Shown piece after piece: positions 1 through 12,052 of a stretch of DNA of 64,000 nucleotides. The translations under genes were made by a program, and so were the position numbers. Source of the DNA: Octopus vulgaris. Taxonomy: Eukaryota. Position 1 is the first letter of the stretch. Every line of letters starts with the position of its first letter. The DNA lies in assembly GCA_951406725.2 (NCBI GenBank), contig OX597840.1, forward strand, positions 18,600,001-18,664,000. Direction: 5' to 3'. Below the pieces are notes generated by a model. That model had not been told where the DNA came from and searched no databases. It was given only the letters and a program-made list of their open reading frames with translations.

Positions 1-235
1 ATCATCTGCTGTTTAAGTAGTTTTCCTTTTTGGGGAGGGTTCAAACTTAAAACTCTTTCAATGGTAATTGACCTCATGGTTCTGTAATAGTATTATGCAT
101 ACAATTATTGACTTAACCGTCACCGTTAAAATAAAAGTGTTAGAGTTTTTTTAGGAAAATAGTTCAGCTGATTCTGAAGCTTTTGGCCGTTTGTTCAATT
201 TGTAAATAGCACAGTTTTATTTCTTATTATCATCT

Positions 236-650
236 AACTCTTTACTTTTCTCTTTTACTTGTTTCAGTCATTTGACTGCGGCCATGCTGGAGCACCACCT
301 TTAGTTGAGCAAATCGACCCCAGGACTTATTCTTTGTAAGCCTAGTACTTATTCTAATGGTCTCTTTTGCTGAACCGCTAAGTGACGGGGATGTAAACAC
401 ACCACCATCGGTTGTCAAGCGATGTTGGAGGGACAAACACAGACACACAAACTTACACACACACACATATATATATATACATATATACGACAGGCTTTTT
501 TCAGTTTCCGTCTACCAAATCCACTCACAAGGCTTTGGTGGACCCGAGGCTATAGTAGAAGACACTTGCCCAAGATGGCACACAGTGGGACTGAACCCGG
601 ATCCATGTAGTTGGTTAGTAAGCTACTTACCACACAGCCACTCCTGCGCC
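236..650 (-). mobile_element. tRNA-derived SINE, family A (internal (TG)n/(TA)n tract, AAAAGAGT tail)
   Basis: Minus strand starts GGGCGCAGGAGTGGCTGTGTGGTAAG with A/B-box-like motifs; near-identical copies recur throughout the window. Confidence 0.85.
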
Positions 651-943
651 CATGATGGATGAATATGAATTTGTCAAATCCCAGAAAAGGCAAATTATCC
701 TTTCGGGAGCACATCTACCATTACCAATGATCCCAAGACCAGAATCGTTACTTCAGGTGAGAGGACAAAAGTTGTTGTGGTTCCGTAACCCATTGTGGAG
801 TTCCACTTTTTAATGCACATGGTAGTTGGATATCCAAAAGAAGGGCACAAAGTCACGCATCACTTGCAGGGAGAGAGGAAATAATACAAGCTCTTCATGA
901 ACTGAAAGATAAGGCTCGAGCTACAAATTCTACACCAGCAGCA

Positions 944-1154
944 GCAGCCATCCAAGAATTTGGACCTGGAGATCTCCATTTCCAGTGACTTCGAGGGCCA
1001 CCTCCCAGTGGTGTCGGCTGTCAACGAAGAGCCCTCGACTACAACAAGACGACTAAAGTTTTTTTTTTTCAAGGTCTGGGGTCTCCCACCCCAAAGCCCT
1101 AGACCATCACCTAATTACCCTTACCCATCTTGTTGCTTAACAACAACAACAACA
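944..1154 (+). mobile_element. Short LINE-type 3' fragment with (CAA)n tail
   Basis: Flanked by direct repeat ACACCAGCAGCA (932-943, 1155-1166); ends in (CAA)n. Confidence 0.6.
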
Positions 1155-1607
1155 ACACCAGCAGCAATTATGCAGGAAGCTTGGCAGAAACTAGATCTAA
1201 ACGAGGCCATTGAAATGCCAAGAGCATCAGCCATGAGGCACCTTATTCAGCGCATTCGTTAAAAAGAATTTCCAGTGGAATCAAATTCTTTGATAGATTT
1301 GGTAATCCCAGAGAAATTCAAGGTCACGCAAACTGGGGAAAGAAACTTCCTTTTGTTTGACACAAAACAGGGACACTTTGAATGAATTAATCGAAGAGGA
1401 TGAAGATGAGGAAGAGGATGAGCTCCAAGAGAGAATTACAGATTTCAGAAGTGAAGATAATTTACAAAGATTAGCTGACTCTGATATCTGGTTTTTAGAT
1501 GGGACTTTTAAAACTTGTCCACGACTCTTCTCTCGGTTATATAGTATCTCTTACAGATTCCAAGAACCAATTTTCCCAGCTGTTTATGTGTAGCTGACTG
1601 GAAAAAC

Positions 1608-1852
1608 TAGGATCACCAAGCGTAGATTGGCATATTTTGGTCATATTATGTGAAGAAAATCCCTGGAGAAGGATATCATGCTCGGAATGGTCAGTGGCAA
1701 GAGAGGAAGAGGCCGACCAAGAACCTGCTGGCTTGACACCATCAAGAGTGATACCGGAATGGACATAGCCAATCTGAAAGAAGCGGCCCAGGATAGAACT
1801 AACTGGAGGACACTGATCCAACGAGTGACCGAGAGTCGACTTCGACTAAGCG

Positions 1853-1892
<40 letters not shown>
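1608..1892 (+). mobile_element. RTE-clade LINE 3' fragment with (GATA)n tail
   Basis: Encodes YFGHIM..SLEKDIMLGMVSGKRGRGRPRT.WLDTIK; TSD GGAAAAAC at 1600-1607 and 1893-1900. Confidence 0.85.
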
Positions 1893-1893
<1 letters not shown>

Positions 1894-2203
1894 GAAAAAC
1901 AACACAGATATATTCATCAATGCTAGAACACTTAATTTTGGCTGCAGAAACAAAAGGAATTCAGATAAACCCTACATTCATTGTAGTAGATTTTGAGTTG
2001 TCTAGCATCAAAGCCCTCCAAGAAAAAATCCCTGAAGCTAGAATATCAGGACCCATTTTTCACCTGTGTCAAAGTATTTATAGAAATATTCAAAAGAACT
2101 GCCTTGTTGATGCATATAAAAATAACAAGAGTTTAGTAGACACTTCTCCACTGCACCCATATTTGCTGTATCCAGTCTTGTAAATGACTGCTTCTTAAAA
2201 TAT

Positions 2204-2350
2204 TTTGCTGGGAGGGGATATTGTTAGTTCATGCCCCTCCCACTTGCTCATTTGCTGGGAGGGGATATTGTTAGTTCATGCCCCTCCCACTTGCTCATTT
2301 GCTGGGAGGGGATATTGTTAGTTCATGCCCCTCCCACTTGATCATTTGCT
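2204..2350. repeat. 47-bp tandem repeat x3, each unit with an internal hairpin
   Basis: Unit TTTGCTGGGAGGGGATATTGTTAGTTCATGCCCCTCCCACTTGCTCA starts at 2204, 2251 and 2298. Confidence 0.9.
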
Positions 2351-2732
2351 TGAATTTTTCCATCTCTTCTATATCAATCTTTAAATCTCTTCTGGCTACT
2401 CTAGCAGCTGCCACCAAATTAGTTTTTCCAGTCTCCTTAGCAGGAGACACAACTTTTTGGGGTTCCATATTCACAGTTAACCTTTTATCACTTTCCTTAA
2501 CAGGAGACACAATTTTTTTTTTTTCTGGAGACTGATATTTTTCTAATCTCTTTTACAGAGCTTAACTTTTTTTCACTTTCTTTAACAGAAGATACAACTT
2601 TTTTTTTCCAGAACCATTTGTTTTTTCATTCTCCTTGATGGGAGACAACTTTTCTTTGTTCTTTTACAGAGCTCAACATTTTTACAGGAGACAATTTCTC
2701 CCTCAGAAAGCTCCAAGGAGCTAACGTTTTCA

Positions 2733-2919
2733 TACTCTTTTACTTGTTTCAGTCATTTCACTGCGGCCATGCTGGAGCACTGCCTTTTAGTCGAGCAAAT
2801 TGACCCAGGACTTATTCTTTGTAAGCCTAGTACTTATTCTCTTTTGCCGAACCGCTAAGTTACAAGGATGTAAACACACCAGCATCAGTTGTCAAGCGAT
2901 GTTGGGGGACAAACACAGA

Positions 2920-2960
<41 letters not shown>

Positions 2961-3090
2961 TCGACAGGCTTCTTTTAATTTCTGTCTACCAAATCCACTC
3001 ACAAGGCCTTGGTCAGCCTGAGGCTATAGTAAAAGACACTTGCCCAAGGTGCCACACAGTAGGACTGAACCCGGAACCATGTGGTTGGTA
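2733..3090 (-). mobile_element. SINE family A
   Basis: Homologous to 236-650. Confidence 0.85.
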
Positions 3091-3284
3091 AGCGCCTACT
3101 CCATTTTTTTTTTTTAAAAACAGTGCTACCCCCTTCGAACAAGGGGGAAGCATAAACAAATGCCGTGAACAACAGCAGCAACAAAGTTTTTCAACAAATA
3201 AAAGTTCAAAAATGTTCAACAAATATAACAACTTACTTATAAACTCACAATAATAACGTCATACTCTAGATGTGCGTTCAGGGT

Positions 3285-5635
3285 TTTTATTTCTGAAATT
3301 GACATGTAGGGCATTACAAAGGGGGTACAATACAAGGACAGACAAATATAAATAGGTAGGAACTGAACGTTACAATAAAAATTTACAATAAAATCGAATG
3401 AAAAATCAGATGAATACGATATAAGATTTTAAAAGTTTTTCTCGTATGAGTGAATTCCCTGGTTTAATTAACCCACCGCCATTCACCGACGTCTCCCTTT
3501 TTTTGGGGTTTGATGACTGTACTTAACCGGTTCCATTTATTCTCAGTTTTCTTACTACATTCATCCATCATTTTACAAACATACCATGTGATAGCTATCT
3601 CCTCTCCAGCCGGATTTTACTATTAAGGTGGTAATTAAAATAACTAACCAACCCTCGGCCCAAGATGAAGGTACTCGTTGCAATCCCCCTTTCATGCGTC
3701 ATCCACACGGTTTCTTTCAATATGGCCACTATGCAGAGAAAACAGGCCTTCCACTCCCTATTAAGAGTGGAGGGTGGCACAATCTTATTTCTTTATTGCC
3801 CACAAAGGGGCTACACACAGAGGGGACAAACAAGGACAGACAAATGGATTAAGTCGATTACAATGACCCCAGTGTGGCAGAATTTGAACTTGGAACGTAA
3901 CAGCAGACGAAATACTGCTAAGCATATCGCCCGGCATGCTAACGTTTCTGCCAGCTCTCCGCACAATCTTAATAATAGACCCAGCTGATAGCTGTACTCT
4001 TCCTGTTGTTGACAACAGCTGTTCAACATAGGCTATCAGTCCTATGTTGAACAGTATTCTCCGCACATTGCACTAAAGCGTGCAGGACAGTTTCACTGTC
4101 CCACCCAAACCTCAGGCATGTTAGTGGAATGGCATAACCATGCCTCAACAGCCTCTTTCGAACAGGTAAGGCAGATCGGTAACAAAACCAGGCCAGGGAT
4201 ATCTGGTGATTATCCAGATACCCGGCCTGAAAGTCCTTCCGAATAGGTTGACCAACTGGTTTCCTTCAAAGCCCAGAGTCTCCCTTAGGACAGCGTCTGA
4301 CATATACTCTACCAGCCCACTATAGAAATCTACAGTGGGACTTCTGCTGCAGGCAATGCCTGCCTGGGAGAGTAGTGTAAGCACCTGTCAGCACTCTTTC
4401 TGCTATTCACCCAGCATAAGTCTCAGATCATGTGGATTGCCCCCTATTGCCTCTATTCTTTGCAGCAATGGCTCAAGAGCCAACACATACAAAAGCAGAG
4501 ACAGGGGACATCCCTGGTGAACAGAACACTTGATCTTGAATGGTTTTGAAAAGAATCCATTCACTTGGATGACAGACTCGATGTTGCTGTACAAAGCAGC
4601 AATCAAGCCTCGGAAAGTCGGGCCCAGCCTGGCCATGCTGAGAACTGCCACCAGGTACCAATGGTCGACCCTATCGAATGCTTTAGACTGGTCTAAATGC
4701 ACCAGTGCCCCACTTTTGCCAGGGATTTTACCCACTCTCTCTCAGAAGTAGTGTATGCGGTGGAGCTTGTCCTGCCGGGAACGGCACAAGTTAGTGCTTC
4801 CCCATCACTCATGCCAACTTCTTTGTTAACACCTTGGCCAAAATCTTTAACTCGGTTTAGTTGAGTTATGGGCCGAAAATTGCTAATAATGTCCCCCTTG
4901 CTCAGATCCTTTCTACTCAGTGTCATCCAGCTTGCAGACTTGGGATTCTCCCATTCTGCTGCCAGTTGGCATAGATGCCGGCCAGCAGGTGCCCGAACAA
5001 GTCTGGCATACTTTTGTAAAACTCATAGGGTAGACTAAGTCCCGGCGACTTGTCCCTGGGGCACTTGGACAGTACCTCTATGACCTTAGCCATGATCGGT
5101 CCTTCATGGTATTCAGCCTCTTGTGCTGAGAGATGCAGGACACTGGTCAGGAAGTCCCAAAGCGCCTTGCCCCTCTTGTCTTGTCCCTTGATCAAACACT
5201 CGTATCGACCAAAGACCTAATTGTGAGATCATTGCCATGCTGGGTCTCTACCGTGAGGGCCAACCCAGCAACATTAATTCCCTCGTGGCCTAATGCACAA
5301 ACTTTAGCCCAAACTCTACACTCCTCATGTTTGGCTTTGAGGTGTCGGTCTAAAGCTGATCTTGCTGCCAAAACTTGGGACACAGAGCCTAACCTTAGTG
5401 CCTCTTATAAGTCCTTGACTAGATCCCTTTTTACTCTGCTCTTATCTAAACTTAGCTGTTTGCTAAATCTAATCGACTCATGTCGAATGGCTCGTTTGAG
5501 GGCAAACCACCACCTGTTATTCAACACTGCCTGTTAATGTCCTCATCACAAACTCCTTAATCCAGTTACAGTACGCCTTACAAGACAAAATAGTCTTGTT
5601 TAGCTTCCAGTAACCTGTCTATGTGCACTATCTAG
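3285..5635 (-). mobile_element. 5'-truncated, degenerate Tx1/L1-clade LINE (ORF2 RT, C-terminus, 3' UTR)
   Basis: GYWKLN, KSPGL..PYEFY, GALVHLDQSKAFDRVDH, VHQGCPLS; homologous to ORF2 of 27261-32426. Confidence 0.88.
3788..3960 (-). mobile_element. SINE family B with Tx1-like tail, nested in the Tx1 LINE
   Basis: TSD GCACAATCTTA at 3777-3787 and 3961-3971; tail GCCCCTTTGTGGGCAATAAAGAAATA. Confidence 0.85.
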
Positions 5636-5639
5636 GTTC

Positions 5640-6840
5640 TGTAATTTTAAGTCATGTATATATCTGGCTAACACTGTTGAATTTCTATGTTTCAACTTAT
5701 TAAAAGAATTTACATTTGTCCTATATTGTTTCTTGAAGTCTTTAGTTCTTCCTATGTATCATCATCATCGTCGTTTAACGTCCGTTTTCCATGCTAGCAT
5801 GGGTTGGACGGTTCGACCAGGGTCTGGGAAGTCAGAAGGCTGCACCAGGCTCCAGTCTGATCTGGCAGTGTTGCTACAGCTGGATGCCCTTCCTAATGCC
5901 AACCACTCCATGAATGTAGTGGGTGCTTTTTACGTGCTAGGCGAGGCTGGCAATGGCCACGATCGGTTGGTGCTTATGTATACGTATATGTATATATATT
6001 TATATATGTATACGTATATGTACATGTGTACTTTGGCTTGATGTTTGTCACTTGTCACTGTGCACTTACAGATTACGTTTTTGCATAAGCATAAACCAGC
6101 AAGTGGACATAATACAGGGGCCCTACAATTGTATGTATTTGCACTCCCGTCTATAATTTTTGTTTTATTATTAATATTATTTGGACTTATGTAGAGTATC
6201 TTATGGTGATCTATGCTTTTACTCATTTACTTATTTCTGTTTGTAGATGCACTAATTGAACCCAAATTAGGTGTGGTAGAGTAAGATAGTTTTATAGAGT
6301 GTTTATTAAATATAGGGTAATATTTGTGGTGCTTTGGGAAATTTAGTTTCACAATTTTAAAGAACAGTTTTGATAGATTTTTGACTGAGAGAAAATGGGA
6401 GATGGGGCGGGGCAACCAAATAATTTCCCTTTTTCTAGATTTAGGGTGTAATACTGCATTAGAGGGTTCACATATAGAGGGAGTATATTTATTATGATTA
6501 CTAGCATGGCCATTATAAAATTTAGTACAGTTAACAAAAGGTTTTCTTATAGGTTTATAATTTAAAGAGGAGATCATTTTAGTGGTATTGGGGTTAATGT
6601 GAGATGTTAGATTAGCTAATTTGGTTTGGAGTTTGGTGTCAGGGATGTAGAAGATATGATCATGAAAGCCACCTAGTTTTCAAGCAAGAGTATAAAGTGG
6701 GGCGTGTGCGTTAAAAATCTTTGTTTGCTGATAGGTTGGAGATTCTAATAGAGATAGCCATAATGATACTATCAATGGTTAATTTAGGATGATTAGAAGA
6801 GACCTTTACACATCGAAATGTTTAGTTTGGTTTGCTGTAT
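5640..6840 (-). mobile_element. Penelope-like element remnant (linker plus GIY-YIG endonuclease)
   Basis: RKREIIW..NFPKHHKYYPIFNKHSIKLSYSTTPNL, YNCR..CPLAGLCL..VICKCTV, then YIGRTKDFK after a SINE insertion. Confidence 0.8.
5758..5975 (-). mobile_element. SINE family C fragment (tail CATGCTAGCATGGAAAACGGACGTTAAA(TGA)n)
   Basis: Same tail at about 17110, 22200, 25970, 51700, 52100, 56470, 58790, 59180, 61230, 62220 and 63480. Confidence 0.8.
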
Positions 6841-6843
6841 GGG

Positions 6844-6882
<39 letters not shown>

Positions 6883-6900
6883 CATATGTGTGTGTGTGTG

Positions 6901-6943
<43 letters not shown>

Positions 6944-7185
6944 GCATATGTATGTATATGCGTATGTATGTATATGCGTATGTATGTATATGCTTAGGTA
7001 TGTATATGCTTATGTATGTATATGCTTTCATTTATTCATATACAACACACAAATTTCTGCACATGAACCCGGAGTTTCTACCCTTGAACAGGTCGCTTCA
7101 ACTGTGTTTCTGACGTGAATTTGCTACCCAGGTTTCGGTTAAACGAATTTTCCATGCTGACGATAAACATAGGATTATTCATTCA

Positions 7186-7236
<51 letters not shown>

Positions 7237-7243
<7 letters not shown>

Positions 7244-7315
7244 GTTGACTGCTCCATTGTATAAAAATATTAATACTATTAAAGTATTTATATATTTAAT
7301 ACGAGCGAGATATAT

Positions 7316-7346
<31 letters not shown>

Positions 7347-7410
7347 CTTTAATATATAAATACTTTAATAGTATTAATATTTTTATACAATGGAGCAGTC
7401 AACATAAATT
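7237..7410. repeat. Perfect 60-bp inverted repeat around a (TA)n spacer
   Basis: 7237-7296 is the exact reverse complement of 7351-7410. Confidence 0.9.
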
Positions 7411-7454
7411 CAGTATATAATATTCTTACTGAATATATTTACCTAAAGATTTAT

Positions 7455-8025
7455 ATTTTCCTCTGAGTGAACTAACCTTGTCAAGTTTTAAAACTTTACG
7501 AGATGGTTTAGCAAACGCTACCTTAAAAGTGATTGATGAAAGCCTTCCTTTCTCAATAGAATCAGATGCATCAGAGGTAGCTATATCTGGCATTTCACAC
7601 CAAAATGGAAAGCCAGTTGCATTTCTTCAAGAATCCTCAACCCAAGTGAGTATTGAAAAAGAGGCGACAGCAATTGAATCTGTGAGAAAATGGCCTCATT
7701 TTCTTCTTGGATGTAACTTCACACTAATAACTGATCAAAACGGTGTTGCTTTTATGTTTAATTGTCAAAAGTGCAGTAAACCTAAAAACGAAAAGATAAT
7801 GCATTGGCGAATTGAACTAAGCCCAGTATAAATTTGATATCATTTACTGCCAAGGTAAGTTTAATGTTGCATCTAATGTTTTATCGCGCACCTATTGCAT
7901 AGCTACGACTGATAAGGAACTGTACTGTGTTCATGCAGTGCTATGTTATCCTGGGATCACACGATTGCTTCATTATATTAAAGTTAAGAATTTACCATAT
8001 TCTGTAGACAATGCAAAGTATATGG
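7455..8025 (+). mobile_element. Ty3/Gypsy pol fragment (RNase H, start of integrase)
   Basis: PFSIESDASEVAI..GKPVAF..IEKEATAI..FTLITDQ..WRIEL. Confidence 0.85.
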
Positions 8026-8599
8026 TTGGCGTTGGTTATTCTTTTTGGTATACTTGTTGTTGCAGTGAGTTGCGTTTGTTTTGATTGTTTAGTTGTTGAG
8101 GGAAGAAGGGGAAAACTGTTTATTGCTTCATAGAAGCAACTTGTTATTAATTACCCCAGCAGGGGAATTATTGTTATTGAATCATTGTTGTTATTTGAAC
8201 TATTGAACTTTGTGGTGTTTAGCCAACTTGTGGGGCATAAGCCCAAACATTTGTCTATGGCGTTAAGCCAAAAAATTTATTTGAAAAATTTTGATTGAGA
8301 AAATGAAGGCAACTGATGGTAGTTTACCGATATCTTACTTGTCTGTGTCTGAAGGTTCATCTGAACCAAAAAAAAAAAAAGTTAAAGGCAGAATTACCAA
8401 AATTCAACTTTACAGAAGTTGCAAGGAAAAAGAAAAGAAAATCAATACAGAAAAAGAAAACCTCAAGAAATTTATGTAAATGTTTAAAAAGAAGGGGACA
8501 GAAGTTCAAATTGCCCCTCTAGCAGAAACCACAGAACAAATCAATAGAAAAAGAATAAGACGTATAACAGTGGCATGAGCAGAATTGCCATTTTTGGAC

Positions 8600-9980
8600 T
8601 TTGGCAGCGCTGCCGTCATCTGACGTCCAACCCAACTTGTTCCCAGTTCCATTTAAGGATGTCTACATGGAATTATTATTGCAAAGGACCAGTGAGTTTT
8701 TGAAAAGGATGAGATGGAGAACATTCCTTTATGACCTGAAAGGAAAGCACATAGATGATGGCCTGCATAATTACAATCTGAAATCATACAGAAATCCTCC
8801 CCATAACCCTGCATTATTAAACTTTGAAAAGGGATCTAATTAGCACATTAAACAAACTGAAATTTGCAAAACCACAAACACTATTCAAAAGGAACTATCA
8901 GACATTATTTCTAAAATATAAGAAAAGTCTCTAAACCTTCAAATATTATCGGATAAAAGGGGAAACTGTTACTCACTTCCAGTTGATTCCTGCAACAACT
9001 TTGTCCTGAAAGAGGTCAACACTAAATATAAAATAGAAACTGATAATAAATTGAATATAATCAATAAAAAACATTATGCTTTAATTGAAGAATTTAAATT
9101 ATTGGATTGAACTGAACCGTAACACTCCTAAGATACCCCATTTTACATTTCAGGACCATAAAGAAAACTTTGAAAGCCCACTAATATGCCCATCAAAATC
9201 CGACCTTGGTAGAATAAATCTATTAAAGGTAGAATTATCCCAACCATAAAGAGTAATGTCAATTTACCACTTTGGAGTAGTATGGATGATGTTATCACTT
9301 GGTTCTACTCAGTAAATGATAGAAGAAAAACATATTTCCTACAATTTGATATAAATAATTATTATCAATCTATATCACTGAATTTGTTGGATAAAGCAAT
9401 TGCTTTTGTTCAGAGGTCTAAGGCTATCTTCCCATATAATGATAACTGCCAGGAAAACATTGATATCTTTTAGGGATAAGAACTGGACACAAAATGACCT
9501 TCAAGATAACTTTGATATAACAATGGGATCATAGGATTCAGCACAAGTTACAGACTTGTTCAGCTTATTTCTGCTCTCAAAAATAACGGAAAAGTTCCCT
9601 AACATTAAAGGAGGATTATATAGGGATGATGCATTATTTGCATTAACTGGCTCCCCTTTGCAAACTGTGAATAGGACTAGAAAAGCTTGGATAAATGTTT
9701 TTAAGGAATTTAACCCTTTCATTACCAACTCGACTGAAACCAGCTCTGGCTCTGAGTACATATGTCTCATTTTTAAAACTTTTCAAATAATCCCTGATGA
9801 AGGAAATGTATATATTTGAGATGGGTACAAGTAGTTCACTCATTCTGAACCTTTCCCCGAAACAGCTGTAGGATATGTATGAGTTTGATCTCTGGACTTA
9901 AGTATTTACTTTTTGAGTATTCACCTTTTTACTATTTTCAATCTTGCAATGCATTGACTGAGTACATTTAACTGTCACCC
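8600..9980 (+). mobile_element. Penelope-like element remnant (RT plus pseudo-LTR)
   Basis: FLKRMRW, FLQFDINNYYQSIS, FDITMGS.DSAQV, GGLYRDDAL; followed by a hammerhead motif. Confidence 0.82.
9790..9874 (+). ncRNA. Type I hammerhead ribozyme motif (Penelope-associated)
   Basis: ATCC-CTGATGA-AGGAAA...TTTCCCC-GAAA-CAGCTG-TA-GGAT; palindromic stem III ACAGCTGT; GUA cleavage triplet. Confidence 0.7.
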
Positions 9981-10259
9981 TTCATATGTTTTAGAATTGA
10001 TTTACAATTTCAGGCAATCTCATACAGGACAGGATTTAAACCATGGTGTATGTGTGGGGGGGGTCCAGGGCACACAAGTACATAACACACGCTTACTAGT
10101 GACTAGGAGAGCATGTGCAAGAGTCATGTTGGTATTTCATGTATTATTGAGAAAATAATATTTCTATTTTATTTAGTTAAAAACATAACCATGAATCAAT
10201 AGAATCAAGAGTAAGTAACACACACACACTGCTAGAATACCAAAGTATTAGTAGCCACT

Positions 10260-10640
10260 AATGGAACCATAAACCAGCTGAACCACAGCCTGTTGAGACA
10301 CAATCTGCTAAACTACCATCAGTTCAACCATAATCTGTTGAACTACCACTGCCATTTAAGCCACAACTGATTGAACCACTGCCAGCTGAATCACCATCAG
10401 TTCAACTACAGTCTGTTGAACTACTACCATTTGAGCCATGACCTGCTGAAGTCCTGCAAGTTGAGCCACAGCCTATTAAAGTCCTGTAAGTTGAGCCACA
10501 ACCTATCGAAGTCCTGCAAGTTGAGCCACAACCTATCGAAGTCCTGCAAGTTGAGCCACAACCTATTGAAGTCCTGCAAGTTGAGCCAAAGCCTATCAAA
10601 GTCCTGCAAGTTGAGCCACTGCCTATTGAAGTCCTTTTGA
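10260..10640. repeat. 30-bp minisatellite (GTTGAGCCACAACCTATCGAAGTCCTGCAA) within a degenerate 15-bp repeat region
   Basis: About 6 well-conserved units at 10430-10635; decayed relatives near 11030-11100 and 12050-12220. Confidence 0.85.
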
Positions 10641-11344
10641 ACAATAGAGTTGTCAATCACAAGTTTGTAACTGATCAATTACTGGTTTATTGCATTTGCT
10701 ATGAGAGTGACAATGGAGTGTTTGTAACACAGTGCGAAATGAATATCGTTAAACTACCATTAGCTTAGCTAAATGCTTCTGGAATATCAATGCCTCAGTT
10801 ACATTCCAAAGAGATATCAAGCACTGATATTTTGTTTCTTCTCTATGGGTTAGTTATGAGAGGGGCAGAGCCCATGTCCAAAAATACTGATCTCAGACTG
10901 GTGAGGTCAATATATTTGGTGTTAACATTGATCATCTGTAAGCTGATGTCTTCAGGAAATAACAAGGTAGAGAGGAAAGGATGTCAACAACAGACCTACC
11001 AATATTTGAGCCATCAACAGGTAAACTAGCAACTGTTGAGCCATCAACAGATCAACTAGTAACAACTGAGCCATGATCTACAGACAGTTGAACTACCAAC
11101 AGGTGAAAATGCTGAAAACTGGTATAATGAGAGCTGAAGTACAGGCCTCAATGTGGTCACATGACCTGATAAAATAGCAGCCAAATTCCTCTCCAACTGT
11201 GCCTTATCATTGTAAAAAGGTAAGACAGAAAATGTAGTCCTAGATACATTGAGTAAAAATAAAATGTGATGATCCTGGCCAGAACACCAATCCTAGGTAT
11301 GCTGGATCAAAGTTGATCTGGTGCTAAACAACAACACTGGTGCT

Positions 11345-12052
11345 CACAGCAGCTCATTCCACTCTGAAAGAGCAGCATTTAACGAAACCCTCCGGTCACT
11401 ACAGGCCAATGACAACTGGGCCTCCGAAGCTATAGTCTGCAATTGAAAATCATTGGTTGAAGCAGTAGACAACCCATTCCCCCCAGACCCGACAATTAGA
11501 GAATTGCAACAAACAGCAGCCCTTGTAGCAGCTGGTAGGATTTTGACGGTGATCTGGGTGCCGGACCAATGCAACCTTCGCGGCAATGAGCTCGCAGATA
11601 TGCAGGTGAAACATGGCTTGGCGCTGCTACAACTGGATCCCACCACTGATACAGCCATTCGTCATGCAGTTATTCGAACATTCCAGCCAACGCCAATTCA
11701 ACACCCCCGTCTGAAGGAAGTCTTCAAGAAGAAGCTGGATGACAGAACCGAAGCAGCCCCCTCGAAGGCAGATTTCACAGACATGATACGCTTCTGTAGT
11801 GGTGGTCATCATCCGACACTCAGGCGGTGGCTAAAGATGGCAGGATGCAGCGACACAGACCAATGCAGACTCTGTAACGAGGGGGTGGAATCTGCAGTTT
11901 ATCTCTGGCTGATATGTCCGGCCCTGATGGTGGAACGTTATATCCACCAACTAGGAGCTACAATGAGTGAGATTATTCGTCTCCCTTCTGCAGATCTTGT
12001 GCTTCTGAGAGTTATCCTAAGGTGCTTGAGGTGACCAACAACAACAACAACG
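11345..12052 (+). mobile_element. I/Ingi-group LINE 3' end (RNase H, CCHC) with (CAA)n tail
   Basis: IWVPDQCNLRGNELAD (RNase H), CRLC..ESAVYLWLICP, stop at 12034, then CAA repeats. Confidence 0.8.

Larger units (their letters stand above)
661..2160 (+). mobile_element. Degenerate MULE (Mutator-like) transposase, interrupted by two LINE 3' fragments
   Basis: Motifs WFLDGTFKTCP..LYSI, VVDFELSSIKAL and FHLCQSIYR. Removing the 1608-1900 insert restores LTGKTTQIYSSMLEHL. Confidence 0.8.

Noticed and set aside
242-662. Many short ORFs such as ...VSVYQIHSQGFG.PEAIVEDTCPR and RGYSRRHLPK...
   Set aside because: Chance translations of SINE family A, recurring wherever the SINE occurs.
6789-7118. YI/CV-rich ORFs
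   Set aside because: Translations of (TA)n/(TG)n microsatellites.
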